A DNA stretch of 64,000 nucleotides from the IMG/VR virus record IMGVR_UViG_3300040811_000687; one strand, written 5' to 3'. The stretch comes from a virus. This document shows, in pieces, positions 8,356 to 16,773 of the stretch (positions within the stretch are counted from its first letter, which is position 1; the number at the start of each line of letters is the position of its first letter). The position numbers and the translations under genes were made by a program. The notes under the pieces were generated by a model. The model was not told the origin of the DNA. It did no database searches and saw only the letters and a list, made by a program, of their open reading frames with translations.

Positions 8356-9846
8356 ATGTACAATCAAATAAATGCTGATACACTAACAAGAGCAGGCCAA
8401 TTTGCCTTATCAGACATACAATTAATATCTTATCAATCTTCCGATGGCGGCAGTGAGCCAAAAAAGGTAAGTGTACGATCACTAGTGCTTGAGATAAACA
8501 TTTACGAAGATATATTTTCAAAAGGTCTATCAGGTAATGTTGTATTACTTGACGGTCAAAATCTTACCAACCACTTACCACTTACAGGCTTTGAACGTAT
8601 AGAATTTAAACTGAATACACCAGGTATTGCAAAAGGTTTTGATTTCACGGCTACAACAGGTCACCCGATGTACATATACAAAATATCAGGTAGACAAGAG
8701 GCAACACCAAGAACGCAGATGTACGTATTACACTTTGCTTCTAAAGAGATATTAACAAACGAAACAAAGAAAATTTATAGATCAATGTCAGGCACCATAG
8801 ATGATATGGTCTTGGACGTTTTTAGAACTGATTTAGAATCAAAAAAGACATTAATACTAGAAGAAACAAAAGGCATACGTAAATACGTGCCAGTAGGTGA
8901 AAGACCATTTGATTTCATAGAAGGATTATCCAAGTCTGCCGAGTCGGCGAGATACAATAATAGTGGTATGTATTTCTATGAAGACAGTACAGGTTTTAGA
9001 TTTAGAAGTTTAGAAAATATGTTGGCGATTACAGATGGCGCTGCTAGACCAGTGGTCGCAAGATTTGAAAAGAAACCTAGATCAATTAAAGGTGGTACAG
9101 GTATTACCAATATCATACAAGAAATGCAAACAGTTGATGGTTTCACAATAGACAACCAGTTTGACACAATAAAGAATTTAAGAAATGGTGTTTACGCAAG
9201 TAGAACAATCAGCCATGATATGTTTAACAAGACATACACTAATTTTGATTATGATTACAATCTAGAGTTTGAGAATATATTTCATACTGAACATGATGGT
9301 AATGGTGGTAAAACAGATAACAAGTCAATTGCACCATTAATTAATTATCATGGTAAACAATTTAGTGATTTCGCAGATACAGCATTATATCTACAATCAA
9401 CAACAACCAATACACATGATAATTTTGAAGATGAACCAAAAGGCACAAACATGGCCAAAAGACTTGCACAAAGAATGGCTTTCGCTGCTGGCCAGGTATC
9501 ATTAACAGCAAGAGGTTTTACTGGATTGTCCGTTGGTGATGTAGTTGCACTAGAGATTCCGGCATACGAACCTGCCGGTGTAGACAACCCTCTAGATAAT
9601 GATCCGTACATGTCTGGACGCTACCTGGTTAAGTCCATACGACATAAAATAGACACAGCTAAAGATATGCACACAATGGCCATTAATACCATGAAGGACG
9701 CAGTAAGGGTCGCATATCCAGAGGAGAGTATAGATACATTTACAGGTAGAGAAAACGCAGAGGCCACCAACATATTACAATACGATTTAGACGACATGTT
9801 AATAACAGAGGCAAGCAAAGGAGACAACGATGGTATACTCTCATAG
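8356..9846 (+). CDS. Baseplate hub protein (gp27-like)
   Basis: INIYEDIFS...LSG, LPLTGFE, FYEDSTGFRFRSLE, SGRYLVKSIRH; located between gp53 and gp5. Confidence 0.7.
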   Translation: MYNQINADTLTRAGQFALSDIQLISYQSSDGGSEPKKVSVRSLVLEINIYEDIFSKGLSGNVVLLDGQNLTNHLPLTGFERIEFKLNTPGIAKGFDFTATTGHPMYIYKISGRQEATPRTQMYVLHFASKEILTNETKKIYRSMSGTIDDMVLDVFRTDLESKKTLILEETKGIRKYVPVGERPFDFIEGLSKSAESARYNNSGMYFYEDSTGFRFRSLENMLAITDGAARPVVARFEKKPRSIKGGTGITNIIQEMQTVDGFTIDNQFDTIKNLRNGVYASRTISHDMFNKTYTNFDYDYNLEFENIFHTEHDGNGGKTDNKSIAPLINYHGKQFSDFADTALYLQSTTTNTHDNFEDEPKGTNMAKRLAQRMAFAAGQVSLTARGFTGLSVGDVVALEIPAYEPAGVDNPLDNDPYMSGRYLVKSIRHKIDTAKDMHTMAINTMKDAVRVAYPEESIDTFTGRENAEATNILQYDLDDMLITEASKGDNDGILS

Positions 9847-9988
9847 TTTTCAAGATATACAGAGAATCTCCGAGTTTTCCGACCGCTCCGCTCGCTTTGA
9901 CGATAGATATTACTCTAACGGCCAATACAATGGCCATACGAGAGGTAGAACGCATAATATAACACATACCAACGTGAAAGGCAAATGA
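9830..9988 (+). CDS. 52-aa hypothetical protein (absent from ORF track)
   Basis: AAGGAG RBS, ATG 9830 (MVYSHSFQDIQRISEF...VKGK). Stop overlaps the next start (ATGA). Confidence 0.45.
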   Translation: MVYSHSFQDIQRISEFSDRSARFDDRYYSNGQYNGHTRGRTHNITHTNVKGK

Positions 9989-10239
9989 ATAATACAATGA
10001 ATAAACTGATAGATAAAATCAACAAATCCATAGAAACGGTCTCTCTGGAGGCCTTTGATAAGGCATACTCTTATAAACTCTTATATTTCTATAAGGGCCA
10101 ACAAGAAGTAATAAACACAATGAAACTTGAAGCTAAAGACAAGCTAGCGCATGTCTTGGCCTATATGGGGTATAGGTTATATCACAATCCGTTGAATAAG
10201 GCAAGGGATAAGTATAATGCGTACAAAGAAAAGAAATAG
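9985..10239 (+). CDS. Hypothetical protein
   Basis: 84-aa ORF coupled to the upstream small ORF. Confidence 0.5.
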   Translation: MNNTMNKLIDKINKSIETVSLEAFDKAYSYKLLYFYKGQQEVINTMKLEAKDKLAHVLAYMGYRLYHNPLNKARDKYNAYKEKK

Positions 10240-10300
10240 GCATTTATGACGTATAGCGTAGTGATTAAAAATAAACATTTATCGGAAAATATTTAAGCAT

Positions 10301-11449
10301 ATGGCAAGATTTATAGGAAAGAATACAGATTTTACATGGTTTTCAGGTGTAGTAGAAGACAGACATGACCCTCTCTTTGCTGGCCGTTTAAGAGTTAGAT
10401 GTTTAGGTTTTCATACAGACAACAAGAGTGAGTTACCTACAGAGGACTTACCATGGGCTATGTGTGTGTTATCAACGGCCTCACCAGGTATTTCTGGTCT
10501 TGGCCAATCTCCTTCTTTTCTTGTTGAGGGTAGTTGGGTGTGGGGATACTTTCGGGACTCTGGCCACCAAGAGCCAGTGATTATTGGTTCTTTACCTGGT
10601 AAACCCTATGATCTTGGCAATCCTAATAAAGGATTTAGTGATCCAAATCGTAGGTCGGAGGATGAGGAGGAAGAAGAATACAATCAATCAGTTTATCCTA
10701 AGGAGACAGGTGAGGTAGATACCAATAGATTGGCCGTTAATGATAGTGAGAAAGAACATACTTCGTTGACTACACGTAAGGCCGATAGAGAAAACAATTT
10801 GGATATACCAACGGCAGACTTTGATACAATAACGGCAGCCGATGGATCAAGTATAATCGCAAGTGATTCGGACACCTGGTCACAGCCGGTCATCCCTTAC
10901 TCGGCCGTTTATCCATATAATCATGTGTTTGAGAGTGAACAAGGCCATATCAAAGAATACGATGATTCATGGGAATATGATGAGTACACAAACGAATACC
11001 ACTATTACACACGTATACACGAAAGACACAAAAGTGGTACAGGTTATGAAATAGATAACAGTGGTAATATTGTAAAGTTGGTAAAGGCCAGCAGTTACGA
11101 AATAATTGACGGTGACCACTATGTAAATATCAAACAGGACTCCGACATTACCATTAATGGCCGTCATAAGATATTCATTAACAAAGATGGCTTTGAAAAT
11201 AACCATTACGACATACACGTAGGTGCCAACGCCAATATTAATATACAAGTAGACACAGGCGATATCAATATGGTTACCAAAGGTGGCCGTATCAATGTGA
11301 ACGCAGGCGGTGATTATAATGTTAAAGTAGGTGGTAATTACACATTATCAGTAGATGGTAATAAACAAGAAGATGTAGCAGGTTCTAAAACATCAAACAC
11401 AACAGGCGCAGTAGTACATAGAGGGGCTACAATAGATTTAAATCCGTAG
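10301..11449 (+). CDS. gp5: Baseplate central spike gp5 (OB fold plus beta-helix, no lysozyme domain)
   Basis: WFSGVVEDRHDPLFAGRLRVRCLGFHT, LPWA, GSWVWGYFRD, YPYNHVFESEQGH, C-terminal VxG repeats and IDLN. Confidence 0.92.
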   Translation: MARFIGKNTDFTWFSGVVEDRHDPLFAGRLRVRCLGFHTDNKSELPTEDLPWAMCVLSTASPGISGLGQSPSFLVEGSWVWGYFRDSGHQEPVIIGSLPGKPYDLGNPNKGFSDPNRRSEDEEEEEYNQSVYPKETGEVDTNRLAVNDSEKEHTSLTTRKADRENNLDIPTADFDTITAADGSSIIASDSDTWSQPVIPYSAVYPYNHVFESEQGHIKEYDDSWEYDEYTNEYHYYTRIHERHKSGTGYEIDNSGNIVKLVKASSYEIIDGDHYVNIKQDSDITINGRHKIFINKDGFENNHYDIHVGANANINIQVDTGDINMVTKGGRINVNAGGDYNVKVGGNYTLSVDGNKQEDVAGSKTSNTTGAVVHRGATIDLNP

Positions 11450-11618
11450 AGATATTTTTCCATATATGGCTCGCTATTGGCCATATGGTACCAGGATTTA
11501 ATCTATAAATGCAATAACAATCATTAGCATTGTTCTTATCTTAATTTTTTTCCTGGAGGATTTTCCTGGTGGCTGGAAGCAGGCCATACCTTTCTTTATC
11601 TCGTATTACATATTAGGC

Positions 11619-11647
11619 TTGACTTTAGTCATAATACCAGATATAGT
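11619..11647 (+). promoter_or_regulatory. Sigma70-type promoter
   Basis: TTGACT-17bp-TATAGT; ATG 6 nt downstream. Confidence 0.7.
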
Positions 11648-11653
11648 ATACCT

Positions 11654-11743
11654 ATGGACATCATACTCGCAATACTAGTGCCAGCCATACCATTAGGTTT
11701 AGTTACTTTATTACTTCTATTTTGGAATAACGAGAAGCCCTAA
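11654..11743 (+). CDS. 29-aa single-TM peptide, leaderless (absent from ORF track)
   Basis: MDIILAILVPAIPLGLVTLLLLFWNNEKP, starting at the predicted TSS of the upstream promoter. Confidence 0.55.
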   Translation: MDIILAILVPAIPLGLVTLLLLFWNNEKP

Positions 11744-11999
11744 ACTGTCACAGCCTATACATTGGCCGTTTCTTATACATAACGGTGTAGTTCCGTAAGG
11801 AAAGCTCCTAGGTCCATAAGGCCTGAAACTTACATATTCACATTATAATCACTCTAAAAAGGATAAATAGTATTAGAAGCATTATGCTTTTTATATTATC
11901 CTCAAATTGATTTTTTTATACAGTAGAGTTCTTTCCTGTTTAAACGAAAGAATGACTATGGCATCCAATAAGGACATAGTAAAAAATAAAAAGGATTAA

Positions 12000-12326
12000 A
12001 TGGCAAAATTGCAAAAATATGCTTTGATGGCATTAAAGAAGAAATCACCTAAAGTACCTAATTATACATGTACAGATATTGATAATATTATTACGACTCT
12101 TGGCCAATTACACGAAGGCACGAAAAAGATGACGAAGTTGCGTTTAGATGTTTTAGAACGTAAATTAGAAAGATTAAGAAGTTCTAATGAGTCGTTAAGG
12201 GATAGTGGTATCTACTGGTATGGTGTCTGTAAGAAGATTATTAAAAGTGTTAAGAACGTTAAGAAGGCCACTTTAAGTAAAGTAAATAAAAAAAATCGGA
12301 AAAATCGGAAATTAAACTCTGATTAA
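12000..12326 (+). CDS. Basic coiled-coil hypothetical protein
   Basis: AAGGA RBS; LERLRSSNESLRDSG coiled coil. Confidence 0.6.
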   Translation: MAKLQKYALMALKKKSPKVPNYTCTDIDNIITTLGQLHEGTKKMTKLRLDVLERKLERLRSSNESLRDSGIYWYGVCKKIIKSVKNVKKATLSKVNKKNRKNRKLNSD

Positions 12327-12344
12327 TACTAGGAGAGAAGTAAA

Positions 12345-12563
12345 ATGGGAGAATATTTTTTAGTTATCGTATTTTGTATGTTTGGTGAATGTCAGAATTT
12401 GGATCAACCAAAAGCTTTTGGTAGTTATGGAGAATGTTACGAACAGGCTCAAGCAACAGCAATGATGATGAATAGACAATATCCAAACAGTACAGGTGAA
12501 ATCTATTGTTTAGACAAAGAACAATACAAGTTGTATCTGGAAGCATTTGATGAAAGTGCATAA
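12345..12563 (+). CDS. Small exported Cys-containing hypothetical protein
   Basis: AGGAG RBS, hydrophobic N-terminus, 4 Cys. Confidence 0.6.
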   Translation: MGEYFLVIVFCMFGECQNLDQPKAFGSYGECYEQAQATAMMMNRQYPNSTGEIYCLDKEQYKLYLEAFDESA

Positions 12564-12571
12564 ATATAAGT

Positions 12572-13234
12572 ATGATAGAGAATACTTTCAAAAAAAGAAA
12601 ACATGTTTTACATTATGATACAAAGGACATACCTACACAAGAACAAATAACAGATATACTTACAAAAGCTATACCTTTAGCTACCAGTAAACAAAAGGCA
12701 TTTGCTTTTAAAGCATTTGTTTTAGGACCTGATTTAGTAAGAAGTGATAAGTTACTTACTGCTTGTGAAGGTGAAAATGATGAAATGAATAGAAAACTTG
12801 GTGAACAGAATCTTCCATCTGATCCAAATCCAGGTCTATTACATTTAGCAACAGCTCCTTATACATTAATATGGACACCAAGATTAGTTGATCCTAATAC
12901 ATATCATAAGAAAAAATTTATGCAAAAAAAAGGTGCATGGGAAATGAATAATTCCTCAAGTATTTTGAAATGTAAACAAATATCTATAGAAATTGGTATG
13001 ATGTCCAAGATGGTTATGGGTGTTGCTTTAGATTCAGGTTTAGATTCTTCTTTTTGTTTATGTTATAGTAGGATATTAAGTGATTGGAAACCTTTTATAC
13101 CTCAAATTGAATTTTCTCCAATCTTAATACAAACAATAGGAAAAGCAAAATCATATTACTGGGAAATGTTAACACCTGAAGAAAGTATAGATAATACCAA
13201 TCCAACAATAGAAGACTTATTTAAATTCGTATGA
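12572..13234 (+). CDS. Nitroreductase-family flavoprotein
   Basis: KRKHVLHYD...ATSKQ...TAPY...IEIGM...GLDSSFC...IGKA layout; paralogue of 38060..38749. Confidence 0.7.
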   Translation: MIENTFKKRKHVLHYDTKDIPTQEQITDILTKAIPLATSKQKAFAFKAFVLGPDLVRSDKLLTACEGENDEMNRKLGEQNLPSDPNPGLLHLATAPYTLIWTPRLVDPNTYHKKKFMQKKGAWEMNNSSSILKCKQISIEIGMMSKMVMGVALDSGLDSSFCLCYSRILSDWKPFIPQIEFSPILIQTIGKAKSYYWEMLTPEESIDNTNPTIEDLFKFV

Positions 13235-13539
13235 TAACACTTACAGATAAAGCAAAACAACATTTACAATCACTAAAAGAAAAACATAATGTTAAGTATG
13301 TGAGACTTGAAGTTAAAGGTGGTGGTTGTGCTGGTTTTGAATATGAATGGAGTTTTGATAATGAATCTAGTTCAGATGATATGGTCGTTGAAGATTTATT
13401 AGTGATTGATAGTTTATATGAATTGTATATAATGGGTATGGAGTTAGACTATAAAGAAGAAATCTTTGGTAGTAACTTTGTATTTAATAATCCAAATGCT
13501 AAAAGTTCTTGTGGTTGTGGAACCTCTTTTAGTGTGTAA
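13231..13539 (+). CDS. iscA: A-type Fe-S carrier (IscA/HesB/ErpA family)
   Basis: ITLTDKA, GGGCAGFEY, FNNPNAKSSCGCGTSF. Confidence 0.95.
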   Translation: MITLTDKAKQHLQSLKEKHNVKYVRLEVKGGGCAGFEYEWSFDNESSSDDMVVEDLLVIDSLYELYIMGMELDYKEEIFGSNFVFNNPNAKSSCGCGTSFSV

Positions 13540-13556
13540 CTAAATAGTTTTATATT

Positions 13557-14240
13557 ATGGAAACAAACAGTCAGAAAATAAAAGAATACACAAAAAAAAA
13601 TGGTGTTGAAGTTAAGGAAAATAGTTTCTTTGATAGAAGACATAGAAGATTAAATATTGATCTTTCTCATAGATGTCCTTTAGAGTGTTTACGTTGTGGT
13701 CGTCAAATAAGTTTTTTATTTAAAGGACTAAAAGTACCAGGTAGGGATTTAACTATAGAAGAATTTGAAAAGATAACAGATCATTTTAAAAGTATATCAT
13801 TTTGTGGTCAATATTCAGACCCTATACATCACCCAAAATTTAAAGAATTATTAGAAATATCAAAAAGAAAAAACGTTAGAGTAGAGGTACATGTTGCTTC
13901 TTCACTTAAACCAGAAAAAGCATACATTGAAGCTTTTAAAGCTTACCCACAGGCAGATTGGATTTTTGGTATTGATGGTTTACCTAAAGAAAGTCACAAG
14001 TATAGAAAAAACCAAGATGGGGAAAAACTATTTAAAATAATGTTAGAATCTAAAAAACATCTTATTAAAAAACCATTATGGCAATTTATTATCTTTAGTT
14101 ATAACGAACACAATTTGAATAATGCAATGCAAATGGCCAAAGATAATGATGTTGATTTTGTATTAATAAATTCAGCTAGATGGAGTGCCGATGATGATTG
14201 GTTAATGCCAAAAACTAGGAGAGAAATGACAGATGAGTAA
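13557..14240 (+). CDS. Radical SAM enzyme (core only)
   Basis: CPLECLRC (CxxxCxxC), FCGQYSDP, FGIDGL, WQFIIFSYNEH. Confidence 0.9.
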   Translation: METNSQKIKEYTKKNGVEVKENSFFDRRHRRLNIDLSHRCPLECLRCGRQISFLFKGLKVPGRDLTIEEFEKITDHFKSISFCGQYSDPIHHPKFKELLEISKRKNVRVEVHVASSLKPEKAYIEAFKAYPQADWIFGIDGLPKESHKYRKNQDGEKLFKIMLESKKHLIKKPLWQFIIFSYNEHNLNNAMQMAKDNDVDFVLINSARWSADDDWLMPKTRREMTDE

Positions 14241-14616
14241 ACTTGATAACAGATTAGGAGGAAAAAAAAGAAGAGCTGAAGGAGATATTGAATTGGATCC
14301 TTTATGTTTTAAAGATGAGATTGCTTTTGCAGTCACTAATCAAGGTGTATTAGTACCTTGTTGTAGATTTGACGACCCAGCAACTATGGGTGATACTCAA
14401 ATGAAACCTTTAATAGAAGCAAGTAAAATTTCCGAAAATAATACAATAGATGATATTTTGAAAAAAGAAGAATGGAAACAATTTGCAGATAACTTATCAA
14501 AAAATATAGGACCTGCTGCTTGTTTAACTACATGTGCTAAAGCAAAAAAATATACACAAGTAGTAGAGTGGATAGATACAGAAAAAGGTGTAGCAACTAG
14601 TGTGGAAAAAAAGTAA
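14233..14616 (+). CDS. Stand-alone twitch/SPASM-like Fe-S domain protein
   Basis: PLC...AVTNQGVLVPCC...ACLTTC; overlaps the radical SAM stop codon. Confidence 0.75.
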   Translation: MSKLDNRLGGKKRRAEGDIELDPLCFKDEIAFAVTNQGVLVPCCRFDDPATMGDTQMKPLIEASKISENNTIDDILKKEEWKQFADNLSKNIGPAACLTTCAKAKKYTQVVEWIDTEKGVATSVEKK

Positions 14617-14672
14617 CCCACACCCAAACCAAAAAGGCTATGATGGCTAACTAAATATATAAAGGATAAATT

Positions 14673-15089
14673 ATGAACGATAAAAAAGTAGGATTTACAT
14701 GTAGTACTTTTGATTTGTTACATGCTGGCCATGTACAAATGTTGAAAGACGCCAAAGACCAATGCGATTACTTAATCGTAGGTTTACAAACAGACCCAAC
14801 TATAGATAGACCTGACACCAAAAATAAACCAATACAAACATTGGTAGAAAGAGGTATACAGTTATCAGCAGTTAAGTATGTAGATGAAGTTATTACGTAT
14901 CAAACTGAACAAGACTTGGAAGATATATTAACAATGTTTAATATATCAGTAAGAATTATGGGAGAAGAATATCAAGGTACAGACTTCACAGGTAAGGAGA
15001 TATGTGTTAAGAAACATATAAAGATAGTTTACAACAAAAGAGATCACCGTTTTTCATCAACGGATTTAAGAAAAAGAATTAAAAATTAG
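14673..15089 (+). CDS. Cytidylyltransferase (TagD/RfaE-like)
   Basis: GFTCSTFDLLHAGH (HxGH), DYLIVGLQTD, KYVDEV, FSSTDLR. Confidence 0.92.
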   Translation: MNDKKVGFTCSTFDLLHAGHVQMLKDAKDQCDYLIVGLQTDPTIDRPDTKNKPIQTLVERGIQLSAVKYVDEVITYQTEQDLEDILTMFNISVRIMGEEYQGTDFTGKEICVKKHIKIVYNKRDHRFSSTDLRKRIKN

Positions 15090-15099
15090 GAGAAAAAAT

Positions 15100-15324
15100 A
15101 TGAGTAATTTTGACAGTCACGACAAAGATCACGATCACGATAGATCGTATGAAAATGAATCTACAAGAGATACAACACCTATGGTTTCTATATCATTAAG
15201 AGAATATGATAAGTTAAAATCAAGAAGTGCTTTCATCACAGACAAAGCAACGATTGATATTATAGATAATCTTGAAAGACTTGTTAGAGCATTAAGAAAA
15301 CATATAATTAGATCAGAGATTTAA
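15100..15324 (+). CDS. Hypothetical protein
   Basis: AGGAG RBS; His/Asp-rich N-terminus. Confidence 0.6.
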   Translation: MSNFDSHDKDHDHDRSYENESTRDTTPMVSISLREYDKLKSRSAFITDKATIDIIDNLERLVRALRKHIIRSEI

Positions 15325-15585
15325 TTATCTGTGATATACGGCAAAAGTTGTCGCCATGTTCATATGACAAAATGATTGTGGTCTTTTATAGAATTGAGTA
15401 GAGTTTCCTCTATATCTATATCTAATCTTTTTTGCATTTTTTTGAGCAGATACTTCTTTAAAGTAATTTAAATATTTAATTGGTATATTTGAAGCAATAC
15501 AACTACCAACAGGTGTTAAGTGTTTTAATAATAATGGGTTAACAACCCTTTCAAATATTTTTTTTTGTCTTGTTTTATTTTTCAT
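15325..15585 (-). CDS. Hypothetical protein (putative early operon)
   Basis: Coupled to the upstream gene; IRYRYRG motif. Confidence 0.6.
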   Translation of the reverse strand: MKNKTRQKKIFERVVNPLLLKHLTPVGSCIASNIPIKYLNYFKEVSAQKNAKKIRYRYRGNSTQFYKRPQSFCHMNMATTFAVYHR

Positions 15586-15929
15586 TATACTCCTACTCCG
15601 TAATGTCTATAATCAACAATTGGCATAAAGTCATAAGCGTATTCATTATCAGGTAATGCACCCGACATTTGAACATGACAATCATTTTTCTTTCTATTAT
15701 CAAAAAAAGTTTGTAAAGTCTTCTTTAAGTTATTTGCCATTTGTTCATGTATTGAAACATTAAACTTAGCAAACAATGTACCACACATAATAGTACAATC
15801 AGTAGCACTTTCAGCTAATGCAAGTTTCATTATGTCTTTTCTTAATTGAATAGACTCGTTTTTATCATCAGCCATTTCTTGACCTTGTTGTTCTTGTAAT
15901 CTTAACTCGTTATATTTTTCTGGTGTCAT
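15585..15929 (-). CDS. Hypothetical protein (start revised to MTPEKY)
   Basis: GAGGA RBS before ATG 15929; removes the overlap with the upstream gene. Confidence 0.6.
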   Translation of the reverse strand: MTPEKYNELRLQEQQGQEMADDKNESIQLRKDIMKLALAESATDCTIMCGTLFAKFNVSIHEQMANNLKKTLQTFFDNRKKNDCHVQMSGALPDNEYAYDFMPIVDYRHYGVGV

Positions 15930-15931
15930 AA

Positions 15932-16315
15932 TTATCCTCTCAATCTTGATTGTGAATCCATATACAAAGGACCAGTCCATCTAACATGGTAATTACCGTC
16001 AAGTACATTACCTCTAGCTTTGTTTAGTGCAGGAGCATTAAAACCAGCAGCCTTTAATATGTCGCCTTTTTTAAAATGTTTAAAGTCTTCTTTTACGATA
16101 AAAGCAAATACTCCGTTTTCTTTTACAACTTTCATATACTTTTTACCTTGTGATACTTTAATCATATTGTCCCAATTGTCAATTTGTTCTTGTGAGTAAG
16201 TTGAAACATTACCATTTTTATCTGTAGTCCAAGAAATATAATCTTCTTTGGCACCGTTCATCATATTCTTAACTCCTTCATCTAAAGAAGTTGCGTTTTT
16301 AGTTACTAATGACAT
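15932..16315 (-). CDS. Conserved phage hypothetical protein
   Basis: GKKYMKVV...FAFIV...GDILKAAGFNAPALNKARGNV motif, familiar from phage early genes; GGAGG RBS. Confidence 0.7.
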   Translation of the reverse strand: MSLVTKNATSLDEGVKNMMNGAKEDYISWTTDKNGNVSTYSQEQIDNWDNMIKVSQGKKYMKVVKENGVFAFIVKEDFKHFKKGDILKAAGFNAPALNKARGNVLDGNYHVRWTGPLYMDSQSRLRG

Positions 16316-16521
16316 TATTTGTCCTCCTTGTATAAGTCTTGAGCATATAAAGCTAAGATATAAGACGCAATACCTATCAAGGCCATTGAAGCACCTTGTA
16401 AATATTTGTCTATTTCAATTGAACCTACGGCACCAACCATTGCTAAAGTACCGACTGTCGCCATTATTACCGACATGTATTCTATTATTTTTTTCATAGT
16501 GTATCCTTTTGTTTTTTTCAT
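16315..16521 (-). CDS. Small two-TM membrane protein
   Basis: Two hydrophobic helices; first gene after the sigma70 promoter. Confidence 0.6.
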   Translation of the reverse strand: MKKTKGYTMKKIIEYMSVIMATVGTLAMVGAVGSIEIDKYLQGASMALIGIASYILALYAQDLYKEDK

Positions 16522-16532
16522 ATTACTTGTCC

Positions 16533-16561
16533 ACTATACCAGATAAATACAGTAAAGTCAA
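16533..16561 (-). promoter_or_regulatory. Sigma70-type (early) promoter
   Basis: Minus strand TTGACT-17bp-TG-G-TATAGT with an upstream T-tract. Confidence 0.8.
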
Positions 16562-16579
16562 GAAAAAAAAGCGTAAAAT

Positions 16580-16759
16580 ATGAAAATAATTAAAATAATT
16601 GCAGTTTGTTCACTTTTTGTACTGGTTTCCTGTTCAAAAACTGTTGAGGATTGTAAAATTAAGCCGAATTTAGAAAAAATTAGCGAATCAGCGCTAAAAA
16701 ATAAAGAAAATTTAAGTGAAACTGAGCTAAAACATGCTCAAATGTCTTGTAAATTTTAA
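16580..16759 (+). CDS. 59-aa lipoprotein (absent from ORF track)
   Basis: MKIIKIIAVCSLFVLVSC|SK: signal peptide with LVSC lipobox. Confidence 0.6.
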   Translation: MKIIKIIAVCSLFVLVSCSKTVEDCKIKPNLEKISESALKNKENLSETELKHAQMSCKF

Positions 16760-16773
16760 TTATAAATAATATT

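Noticed and set aside
9740-9997. Minus-strand 85-aa ORF as a RepE-like gene
   Set aside because: No RBS, promoter or similarity; the plus-strand 9830..9988 ORF has better signals.
14225-14245. Split radical SAM/twitch pairs as pseudogenes or programmed frameshifts
   Set aside because: The split recurs three times, each downstream ORF has its own ATG, catalytic motifs are intact, and no shared slippery site is visible.
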